Source of the DNA: Camelus ferus
Lineage: Eukaryota
DNA: 64,000 nucleotides
NCBI RefSeq assembly: GCF_009834535.1
Contig: NC_045697.1
Coordinates: forward strand, 24,554,001-24,618,000
Reading direction: 5' to 3'
The notes below the pieces were generated by a model that was given only the letters and a program-made list of their open reading frames with translations, was not told where the DNA came from and did no database searches. Both the position numbers and the translations under genes were made by a program. Of this stretch, positions 38,216 through 49,312 are shown piece after piece (the first letter of the stretch is position 1; every line of letters starts with the position of its first letter).

Positions 38216-39188
38216 ACCATTTTCCAGGAAATAGTCCCTGTGAAAGTTAATCGGAGCAAGACAAGCAACCAGGTTCTACTACAAAGAGGGTGATGCTCTT
38301 TTCCAGTTGTCCGGTGCTTCCTAAGTCACAACTGGATATTCCCCGTAAAGTTAAGATAGGTTTGAAGTAGTATGGTAAGAATAAATGTGTTTTCCGAATG
38401 ATCTTGGAAATCACTTAATTCTTTTTAAAAGTTCAAGAAGAAATGTGACCAAATTCTGCACACCCTCCCTGAATCATCTCTGACCATACCGTTCAGTAAT
38501 GCTTAATCAGCTGAGGTCTTAGTACAAAATTTGTATTATAAAATGTTATTCAATATTTTACCATCACAGTAATATATTAAGTTTGTTTGTAGTTCTCTGT
38601 AGCTTCAGTTGCACAGAAGTGGCTGTGCTTAAGAATAATTCATACTAATACTGGTCCCTGGATTTTATTGCTTAAGTCCTATTCACAAGTGTGAATGGTA
38701 ATATTTGATAATATTCATAGCATCACTATTGCTTAAATGCCTCTTGTCACCAAAAAAAAAAAAAAAAAAAAAAAAAAAGTTATTTTACCCTCATTGGTAA
38801 TCAAGGTAGGAAAAATTTAGTCTTAATTTAGGGGAAAATATGCAATAATTTTCTTTGGACACTTTGAATAAAAAAATCAATTATAGACATGAATTTGGAG
38901 ACCAAGGAATAGATGAAGGTGATCTTTCCCTTACTTTTTTTTTACCCAGCTCCTCAAAACTTAAATGAAATATTGATATTAAAATCATGTTGTACAGCAC
39001 TACCAAATTTTCCTGTAATAAAAATGAGAAAAAAACTCAGAACATAATTGCATAAACTCCTTTAGGAAACATTCTAACACTTTACTATGATTGAGTGAAC
39101 TTTTCTATCATCTACAAAATTATTAGAAATCTTTTATTATTCAATGTGCAATTTCCATCAACCTGTCAATCATCTTTACTTAAAAATT

Positions 39189-40764
39189 TTTTTTTTTTGG
39201 CTGTATATAACTTTATTTTTTTTAACATTTTTTATTGATTTATAATCATTTCACAATGTTGTGTCAAATTCCAGTGTTCAGCACAATTTTTCAGTTATTC
39301 ATGGACATATACACACTCATTGTCACATTTTTTTCTCTGTGAGTTATCATAACATTTTGTGTATATTTCCCTGTGCTATACAGTGTAGTCTATTCTACAA
39401 TTTTGAAATCCCAGTCTATCCCTTCCCACCCTCCACCCCCCTGGTAACCACAAGTCTGTATTCTCTGTCTGTGAGTCTATTTCTGTCCTTTATTTATGCT
39501 TTGTTTTTGTTTGTTTCTTTGTTTTTGTTTTTGTTTTTTAGATTCCACATATGAGCAATCTCATATGGTATTTTTCTTTCTCTTTCTGGCTTACTTCACT
39601 TAGGATGACATTCTCCAGGAGCATCCATGTTGCTGCAAATGGCATTATGTTGTCGGTTTTTATGGCTGAGTAGTATTCCATTGTATAAATATACCACCTC
39701 TTCTTTATCCAGTCACCTGTTGATGGACATTTAGGCTGTTTCCATGTCTTGGCTATTGTAAATAGTGCTGCTATGAACATTGGGGTGCAGGTGTCATCCT
39801 GAAGTAGATTTCCTTCTGGATACAAGCCCAGGAGTGGGATTCCTGGGTCATATGGTAAGTCTATTCCTAGTCTTTTGAGGAATCTCCATACTGTTTTCCA
39901 TAGTGGCTGCACCAAACTGCATTCCCACCAGCAGTGTAAGAGGGTTCCCCTTTCTCCACAGCCTCTCCAGCGTTTGTCATTTGTGGATTTTTGAATGACG
40001 GCCATTCTGACTGGTGTGAGGTGATACCTCATTGTAGTTTTGATTTGCATTTCTCTGATAATTAGTGATATTGAGCATTTTTTCATGTGCTTTTTGATCA
40101 TGTGTATGTCTTCCTTGGAGAATTGCTTGTTTAGGTCTTCAGCCCATTTTTGGATTGGGTTGTTTATTTTTTTCTTATTGAGTCGTATGAGCTGCTTATA
40201 TATTCTGGAGATCAAGCCTTTGTCGGTTTCACTTGCAAAAATTTTCTCCCATTCCGTAGGTTTTATTCTTGTTTTATTTCTGGTTTCCTTTGCTGTGCAG
40301 AAGCTTGTAAGTTTCATTAGGTCCCATTTGTTTATTCTTGCTTTTATTTCTTCTAGGAGAAAATTTTTTAAATGTATGTCAGATAATGTTTTGCCTATGT
40401 TTTCCTCTAGGAGGTTTATTGTATCTTGTCTTATGTTTAAGTCTTTAATCCATTTTGAGTTGATTTTTGTATATGGTGTAAGGGAGTGTTCTAGCTTCAT
40501 TGTTTTACATGCTGCTGTCCAGTTTTCCCAACACCATTTGCTGAAGAGACTGTCTTTATTCCAATGTATATTCTTGCCTCCTTTGTCAAAGATGAGTTGA
40601 CCAAAAGTTTGTGGGTTCATTTCTGGGCTCTCTATTCTGTTCCATTGGTCTATATGTCTGTTTTGGTACCAATACCTTGATGACTGTAGCTCTATAGTAT
40701 TGTCTGAAGTCTGGGAGAGTTATTCCTCCAGCCTCTTTCTTTCTCTTCAGTAATGCTTTGGCAA
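39189..40764 (-). mobile_element. Young 5'-truncated LINE-1 (camelid-type), about 1.58 kb, with a perfect 17-bp TSD
   Basis: ORF2 C-terminus, about 310 bp of 3' UTR and poly(T) on the + strand. Identical TSD ATCTTTACTTAAAAATT at 39172-39188 and 40765-40781. Confidence 0.97.
39538..40764 (-). pseudogene. LINE-1 ORF2p C-terminal fragment (post-RT region and cysteine-rich knuckle); non-functional
   Basis: The 360-aa ORF 39538-40620 has L1 ORF2 motifs ([52 protein letters not shown]). Upstream [29 protein letters not shown] is joined to [15 protein letters not shown] by a frameshift at about 40675 (8 nt missing relative to the usual TAW). The first knuckle Cys reads Arg (KRWRGC). Confidence 0.95.
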
Positions 40765-41056
40765 ATCTTTACTTAAAAATTGTTTATCAGAATATTTTAA
40801 AGACAAAAACATAACTTGCAACAAATCAAACGTCATTTTCACTGAACAGAAAAGTCCTATTATTAGGATGACTGTGTTGTAGCATTTCTGACTAAGAAGA
40901 AATTCAGAGACCCTAGGCTGATTTTTTTCTTGGTGCTTTTCTTATCAATAATTACATTTTTTGCTACAACTGAGTATGCATCATTTTATGTGTCTGTGTC
41001 TTAGCAGGACTATTGAGATGAGTGGAGTATTCCATGGGACCAGTATGTGGATAAAG

Positions 41057-41088
<32 letters not shown>

Positions 41089-41100
41089 AAGAAAGATAGA
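41057..41100. repeat. (GACA)n/(GATA) compound microsatellite
   Basis: Direct inspection. Confidence 0.9.
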
Positions 41101-41114
41101 AAATACATGGTAAA

Positions 41115-41825
41115 TATATTAGTCAAGGTTCTATCAAAGGATAGAAATCATGTAAGTAATTTGAGCACAAAGATTTTAACAAAAAATAACTATTAGCTAA
41201 TAACTATTAATTTAAAAGGGTTAAAGAGCATGCTAAAAGAAAAAAATAATTATAGCAGATATCAGACACCAAGACTGAGGCAGAATACCTCAAAACAACA
41301 ACAACAGCAACAAAAACAAACTTGGGAGAGGTTTGCCCCCACCCCAAATCAGAGACGGAGACTTCATTGGAAAGGGTGTGTCCATAGTCCACTGTTTGAT
41401 GGAGAAGTTTGCTGAGGAGCCACAATCCAGGATTGAAAAGTGAGAAACTTCCCAATGGGACACTTACTGTAAGTCTTAATGAAGAGCTCTCTGGGGTGCT
41501 GAGGAGCCTCACTGAGAAACCTCTCACTCATGTGCCAGCAAGATCTACTGGAAAGCTGCCCACTAGCATAAGGCTGAAACTCACAGGAAAGCTGTCTATA
41601 GGAATGCTATTAAAATTCACTGAAGGATGAGAACCGGTAGGTGTCCAGCCATAGTCTGGCAGTTGTGCACCACAAAAGCAAGAAAGAAAAGCTTACGGGA
41701 ACCAGGAAGACAAGTTCCTTCGTCCTGCATTATCTTTCTAGTGCTGTCCACTGACAAATTCAGTTGTGCCAACTGGTAAAGGAGAGATGTTTCCAGGTTT
41801 ACTTATAGAAGTGATAGCTGGCACA
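41115..41825 (-). mobile_element. ERVL solo LTR (LTR41/50/52-like)
   Basis: TATTAGTCAAGGTTC at the left end. CCTTCGTCCTGCA...CACTGACAAA...GTGCCAACTGGTAAAGGAGA...GATAGCTGGCACA at the right end. Confidence 0.62.
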
Positions 41826-41979
41826 GTGATATTCCAGCAATTTCAAAAATGTTACCCATAAGGGTAACAAAGAACTCATTTAGGGGAGAAAAACAGCCAG
41901 ATGGGTGTAGCTGAAGGGGAATAACAGTACACTATAACTTTATCAAAACTCATTATCTAAACTCAAAATACAAGGCACA

Positions 41980-42568
41980 ATTAACCTTTAACTAATCCTT
42001 ACATCGACCAGTAAATGGCCACATAGATGGTGCCAGTTTTCAGGAGTCCCAGTGGTAAGCTTGGAGCGTTTAGCAGACTCCTTCGTTACGGTAGACCTTC
42101 AACTCCTGTGCTTAATCTTCCCCCTGTGATGAGCCTTTAGAAGATTCTGATCACTTGAGACCAGGGCAGCTTAGGGATGGGTGAAGTCTTTGAAAGAAAG
42201 TCAGCTCAGATTGTTGGCTTCATTTCTATATACTTTGCTTCTCTCTGGTATCCTGACTTCTCAAGTCCTAGGTCATCTTAAATTTCAGCTTTTGTCTTCT
42301 AGTACCATGGAAGGATCTGTTAAGATTATCCGCCTCTTAGAGATAATTTTTGCCCAACATGTCCATGTTAATATCTTCCTTATGAGTGTTTTTTTGTCTA
42401 TGATTTTATACCCTAAGTCCCATAGTCCCATGCCTTACTATCTTTCTCATGCCATTAAAGAGAAGATAGCCTTGTTTTACATTTTGTTTGTTTCTGTTTT
42501 CTAGCTGTTTTCAGCAGGAATATTGCTCTGCTATGTGATGATTCATCATAGCTGGAAGTGGAAGTTCA
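41980..42568 (-). mobile_element. Probable 5' end of an ancient HAL1 or L1M element
   Basis: TTCTAGCTGTTTTCAGCAGGA...CATAGCTGGAAGTGGAAGTTC resembles the antisense 5' terminus of HAL1 and old L1. Confidence 0.45.
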
Positions 42569-43799
42569 TGAAAATATTTTAAAAGAAAATGAATTACTTA
42601 CATGATAACACGGAGTCTATGATTTACAATAAAAATTATTTGCAGAAAGGGCAAAATGAAACTTCTCAAAAGTGTTTGTTTCTTCCTCTTCTTTATCTCT
42701 GTTGGTATTAAAGCAGGCTTTTCATCCATGTGGTTTTATAATTTCTATGAGGAAACATGTTGTGTAGCATTCCACCCAAAGCCCTAAATTCAAAGATAGT
42801 ACCATTTATCATTCTGTTAGCATCTCTTGTGAAGATCCAATTTGCTCATATACTGAGGCAAAGTGTTAGCCTTTACTGAAATATAGCAGTGGAGACTGAA
42901 ACTACTTTTCTAGTGACTTGAACCTCAAGAGATTTTAGTAAATCAAGACTGCTTAAGTCAGGCTAGTCTGTCATAAGAGCAAAAAGGCATAAACTACTGC
43001 ATTTACATTATTTTTTTTTAGAGTTTCTGCTTTCCTGAGTGAGATATTGCTGAATTTCAAGGTTGCTTTTCAGTTAAGTGTGGCATGTGGAATATAATCG
43101 TGCATCCATTTAACAATGAATCCCTTATTCCAATGACTGTCTTTCCTGTTACTGTTTGCACTGTGGTTTCTAGTAAAGATGGAGAAGACTTTTGTGCTCA
43201 TGTTGCTACATACTGAGCCAGGGACATAAATTCCATACAAATGAAACACATAGAGAACAATTAAAGGCAACACATGAGTGAGGACCAGGCAGTATAAGTG
43301 ATGCACTACATTTGCTGAGAATATGGTCAGAATGGCTCCCTATTGTAAACACAAAAATATATATTTAACTTGTATTCAGTTAGCTTATGACAGAGGTAAG
43401 ACACATTCCATACACTATTCGTTTGCTTTTTCCTCTCAAAAACCTGAACTGGGAATTTCTGGCTAAGGGTTTCCAAGAGATTTCAAAGAAAACAAACAGC
43501 AACATTTATTCACTCAACACATATTTTCATGGGAGAATGCCAGCTTCAGGGCCACGCAGGCTCATTACTGGTAACCAGCTATGTGATCTTGGTCAACTTT
43601 CTCAACTCTCTAAGACTCCATTTTTCCATAATGTGAGTGTAGCCCCTTGGTCCCTCCCACCCTGGGCTGCAATTACTCCTATTGTATTTAGGTTTTACAA
43701 TTCAGTGAGCACGGTTCTCACTGTAAGGTCTGGCCTACAGTGGTCCATTCAGCCTATTTCATTCAGGTTCAAACACAAGCAACATTAGAGGGCACAGAC

Positions 43800-45370
43800 A
43801 TACTTCAGGAGGTCAAGTCGCTCACAAAGATCACACACTGCCTCTTCCTCACCACACACCTATAGTCCCATTGAGGACTCTGACTTTTTGACAAAAGAGA
43901 AAAAAAAAAAGCTGACTTTGTTCATGGGTGGGTTATCTCAGCTGAAAAGTGGATGGTTGGCTATACTACACTACAGCTCCACTCACTTAGGGACAGGACT
44001 GAAAGACAGTGATGAGGGGAAATCCTTTAAAGACAAGGTATCTGGGTAGTACATCTGACATCTGCTCTCTGTGAAAGATGAAGTACCCCAAGTTTGGAAT
44101 TCATGCCGACTCACAGACAGTTGCAAATGCTTGGCCTGTTGGCCAGAGACCAGAAAGAAAAAAAAAAAAGATTGGGAGGTAGAAGATATGGTAGATCAGC
44201 TTGTGGAAGGATAGAAGGATGGACCAGTAGTGGTCACATAGAATGAAGATTGTTTTATTGTATTTTTAATGCCTACCAAAGCTCATCAATCTTTAGCTCA
44301 ATACTAAATTACCAAATAGAATGACTCAGCCAGTCAGTCAGTCTCTGTCATTGACATCCCAGGACAGGCACAATGGGTTCACAAACGGAGTAGACAAAGG
44401 GACAGAAATGAAGGCTATACATGTGCTTCCACTCACCCAGTCTGGTCAAACTGCTGAAACCTTTGAATGACCAATCTTCTAGAACAAAAAATGAACATTA
44501 AATGACTAGTGTAGCATTTTTCTTCAAGGGTATCAACCAATCCTTAGTAATCAACTGATTAAATTGGAACATTTCCATATTGGAATAGGACAGCAATTTA
44601 TTTTCATTGCAATCACCATTTATTCTGCACTTGAATTTGCCTGTTCAGCCCCCACCACTCAATCAGGGCATGAGTCTCGATCACCCACCGAGGTGAGCCA
44701 TCTTGATCACAGAAGTGCTGATAGCTAAGGGTAAGGAGGATTTAATGAGGTGGAGAAGGAGATGATACACTGTCTTTAGACCAGCTGCAGGAAATGGTGC
44801 TGTACTTTGTTCCACTAATCTTTGTTCAACTTTTTTTTTTTTTTTCCCCAGGAAAAGAGGCCCATCATATGGAAGTAGCTGTTTCCAGGACTCAAACTAA
44901 GAAGGTGAGTCTAAGCAGCATTAGGAGAGGACCCTCGTGTTCTGCTTTGCTGTTCAAGATACACACCTTCCTCCCATATGGGACTGACCTATTTGTTACT
45001 TGCCTGCTCAGAAGGTTATTGTTTACAAGCTCAATGCTCCTAAAAATTGTTTTTTGCTGAAGAGAGTCACCTCTTTGTTCATGCCTCCTTCCCCAGTGAG
45101 CTCATGTTCAGTAACTGAACAACACAAAAATATAAAGGCTTAAGTCTTCTTCCTGAAAATTGGGGCAGCTCAGAAGGGCACACTTAGCTTTAGAGGTTCT
45201 CACAGGTTGGCAGAGGTCTTGTTTTAATGGCATTGCTGTCCAATGTCTCCTTCTGCTCAATTTTGTTTCTTCTATTCCTCCACCAACCAAACACTGATAC
45301 AAGAGCACTCACTAATAAAACTGCACACACATGCCCGTCTCAGCACCTGCTTCTGGGAAAACCTGTGACA
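43800..45370 (+). mobile_element. Ancient ERVL element: decayed pol (RNase H/integrase region), internal 3' end and an LTR16-like LTR (about 44930-45370)
   Basis: Degenerate ERVL pol motifs (GACTCACAGACAGTTGCAAATGCTTGGCCTGTTGG, AAAGACAGTGATGAGGGGAAATCCT). LTR end AATAAAACTGCACAC...CTGCTTCTGGGAAAACCTGTGACA. Confidence 0.7.
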
Positions 45371-47679
45371 CTTTCCAAATGAACATCTTCTTATTGATCA
45401 GCTATCACAGGATGCCTCAGAACAGACAATTATTATTCTGGAATGCTTGTTTAAAGCTGATCCATACAGCATGGCACGGAGATCGATGCAGGGATTTATC
45501 TATCTATACAGAAAGTAATGAGGCAAAAGGTAAAAGTTAGTATGCTGGACCAGGCCCACCTGGACAGCCATGAGAAATGCCGAACAAATGATGCTTCCTT
45601 AATAACTTGGTTATAACTATTTCAATACAGACACATTATAACTCCTCTTGCTAATATTATATTGTTTTCTCATTTCAACTAGCATTTGAATCATGAGATA
45701 TTGGGGTCAGTAGGTATTCTACCAAAAGCTGCTGAGTTATTGCATTTTCAACTGTCTAGCTTGTCTACAATTGTTATTTACCAATTTTGTTGCTCTCGCA
45801 ATTACATGCTGTTTAAAATTATTTCAATGAACAAATCCTTTTTTTTTATTATAGATGTATATTTCTATTTGAGTAATTTATGGAGAAAGGCAGTCATAAA
45901 TTACTTTAATAAAGCTTAAATTAAACTCCAGTGGATGATTATTTTTTTGATCAGGTTAAGAAGTGCCATTTCACTGTGAAATGGCTTTTGGCCGTATAAT
46001 ATTTACGATGAATACTTGCATTTATGCTGAATATTGTCTACCTGACATCATGTATTTGAAATATTTAACCTAATATTTAAAGTACTTAATATTTATTTTG
46101 AACAAAACTGTTGTTTCAGAGTTTTCTCAATTTGAACTGTGATTTTTGTGTTAGTGTTTAAGATTACATGACTATCCACCACAAAGCAAAATTTCCAAAG
46201 AGTACATGCAAAAGAGCTCTTTTTCCAGGTGTTGGAATTTGTATGGCATATTTTGAATATAAATAGTACTTAGAGAAATTATCTGGAAGACATTGGAAAA
46301 AGAAGTATTTGGTTTATTCTTATTCTTTGAAATTATTATTATTTGAAAATTCTTAATCTTTTGAAAAAAAGCCAAAAGTTTACTGTGTAGATAGTTTAAT
46401 CACTAGTGTCAAAAGAGTATTAGAATAATATTTGCACATATATTCCTTTTTTTTCTGCCATACTATATCCTTATGCTAATACCAGATGTTCACAGATACA
46501 AAGGAGAAAAACGAACGTCTTAAACTTCTGTTGCATAGTACAAAATCCCTCAAGAGGGTCTACACTGGAGGTGATTTAACTAGAGCTTATTAAGAGTATA
46601 TTTTCTTACTAAATAAACCATTCTTTCTGTGCAAGGATTTGTGGAGGGATACAAGTTGCAGGAAGAATGATATTTAATATAAAGTAGAAAGTAGTAGTAA
46701 TTTAAAAATCTCATGTATCTGATGAAGTGCAAGCGTTTCATATAAATTACTTTACATATTTTCTAGTAGATAAATGAGTAAGGTTCTTTAAATTTCTCCT
46801 TTTTACAAGGAAGAAGAATGAAATTTAAAAGTATTACAAGTTACATTACCCAACTTGTCTCTAAGTGGCTGCATGGAGAAATGTATCAAATTATCCTGCT
46901 TAATAAGCACAATCTTTAATTGTATATAATAAATCACTGAATGGATAGGAAGAAAAAAATTGAAGAAAAAACAGTCTGTGAGAGAGAGAGAGAGAAGAAA
47001 GAAAAAAGAAAATGGAAAGTAAAAGAGAGTAAGGGAGAAAAATATGAAACTTTGTGACCAAAATTTTAGACAAAAATGATTATTTTGTAGGTTTATAAAT
47101 GTCTAATGAGGATGCTTTTGCACTAACCATTTGGGATATTTTTGGTAATCTGAATATATTTTAAAACATGTATGGGATACTGTGGATTATATTTAACCTG
47201 TTTTTTTCATTATTTCCCATTATTATGAAAACATACAGTTTGTAAGTTCCCAGGAGTCTATTAATTTGGGCCATTTTGTTGAGTGTGGTCCTCAGATATT
47301 ATCTTTGGTATTATATATTTATAAAAATATAGGATCTCAGAGTTGGAAGGTCACAAATTTTGCCACCTATTTGTTGCTGTGTTCTTTCCTCCACTTCTTG
47401 CCAAGATATCTAATTGAATTATTTGTACTATTATTATGACCCTTAGGAAATTCTCATTCATACTAAATATTTGAAGTACTCTATTGTTTCACTTGAGTAT
47501 TCTCTTAAACCTAGTTTGCAATTTAAAGAATTTTACTTGTAAACATTTTTTGTGAGTGTCCAACAAACATAAAACAGTGAGTTAATGCCTGAAAAAATCC
47601 TGTCTGCTTCAATTATAGGAAATGTTGGCTAATATTTGTAGAAAAGATATATCTCTGCTCAAATGCATGATCAAACATT

Positions 47680-48370
47680 ATGGGGTAATTCAGCCTTTAG
47701 ATTGAGAGGAACTGTATTTGAGGAGCTGTATTTGAAGAACTACACTGGAGGAAATTTATCCACACCTGGTCTCAATTTCGATGGCAATTCTAGACTTTGA
47801 ACTGATACCATAATGGATCAAACTTGAGATACTTGAAGGGGAGTTTATTTTTATGTGGAAGAGATTTTAATGCTGGGACTCAGAAAGCAGACTGTAGTTG
47901 CCAGCCTCCAAGTTGGCCCCCAGTGATTTCCTCCTCTTGGTATGTAAGCCTTTGAGTGGTCCCATCCCCCGCTGAATCAGAGTTGGTCTATGAGACCAAT
48001 AGAATACGGCGGAAGAGATGGCATATGATTTCCATGGCTAAGTCCTAAAAAATATTCTGCGGCATCTTCTCTTGGATCATTACTTTGGTGAAAGCCAGCT
48101 ACCATGTCATGAGGACTCTCAAGCAACCTATGGAGGGTCCCATGTGGCTAGATCACAACCAGAACTAACTGTGGCAGATGTGCAAGTGAGTTGCCACGGG
48201 GCTGGATCCTCCAGTCTCATTCAGGCTTTCAGATGACTTTATCTCTGGCTGACATCTTGACTGCAACCTTCTGAGAGACTCCAAGCCAAAACTACCTAGC
48301 TTAAACCTCTCAGATTCCTGACCTCTGAACTATTTGAATTAATAAATGCTTGAATTATTTTTAAACATTG
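47680..48370 (+). mobile_element. MaLR: MLT1 internal 3' end plus an MLT1F-like LTR (from 47893), 3'-truncated
   Basis: TGTAGTTGCCAGCCTCCAAGTTGGCCCCCAGTGAT...GACCAATAGAATACGGCGGAAG is the MLT1F-type start. AATAAATG at about 48341, after which an L1 interrupts. Confidence 0.8.
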
Positions 48371-48375
48371 ATGGA

Positions 48376-48992
48376 TTTTTTCCATCTTTATTGAGATGCA
48401 ATTGACATACAGCACTCTATCAGTTTAAGGTGTACAGCATGATGATTTGACTCACATACATCAAGAAATGATTACCATAAGTTTAGTGAACATCTATCAT
48501 CTCATACAGATACAAAATAAAAGAAAAAAAATTTCCTTGTGATGAGACCTCTGAGGATTTGCTCTCTTAACCACTTTCATATATAACATACAGCAGTGAT
48601 AATTATACTGATCATGTTGTACATTATATCCCCACTGCTCATTTATCTCATAACTGGGAGTTTGTACCTTTTGACCACTTTCATTTAAAGCTCCCTCTCC
48701 TCACACCCCCACCCCAGGGAACAACAAATATGATCTATTTTTTTATGAGTTTGTTTGTAATTGACCACAATGCTGTGTTAGTCTAGTTACTGCTGTCACC
48801 ATACAAAGACATTATACTATCATTGACTGTATTCACCATGCTGTGTATTTCATACTTGTGACATTTATTTTGTACCTGGAAATTTGTACATTGTAATTTC
48901 TCTTACTTATTTCATTCAATCCTCCGTCCTCCTCCCCTCTGACAACCACCTGTTTGTCCAATGTATCTATGACTCTGTTTCTGTTTTGTTTG
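48376..48992 (-). mobile_element. L1 3' UTR fragment (L1MA9-like)
   Basis: TTTATTGAGATGCAATTGACATACAGCACT...GTTTAAGGTGTACAGCATGATGATTTG is the antisense 3' end of L1MA-type elements. Confidence 0.8.
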
Positions 48993-49312
48993 TGGAGAGA
49001 ATGAGACTGGAAGAGATTTGGGAACCATTAAATACCTAAAATGTGCAGCTGTATCTACCCCTAATTTATCCAGTTCAATTATTCACCAAAATGGACCCTG
49101 CAGAAACAGGGTGGATCCTGGGTCATGACTAAAGACCATCACAAACTCAACAAAGTAATACTCATGGTCGCATTTACTGCATTGGACATGGTATGGGTGC
49201 TGGAATAAACTAATAAGGCCTCTGGCATGTGGTATGCAGTCATTGATTTAGTGAAGGTGTTCTTTTCTATTCTGATTAGAAAAAAGAAACAAACAGCTCA
49301 CCTTTATGTGGA
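48993..49312 (+). pseudogene. ERVL pol reverse-transcriptase fragment, decayed
   Basis: 49230-49280 translates as WYAVIDLVKVFFSILIR (compare ERVL RT WYAAIDLANAFFSIP). It is preceded by remnants of the WP.QK..GSW.MT.D..KLN block, with stops and frameshifts. Confidence 0.8.

Noticed and set aside
40040..40600. 186-aa + strand ORF (also 55144-55365 and 39261-39554)
   Set aside because: Antisense reading of L1 ORF2 or its 3' UTR, a common artefact and not a gene.
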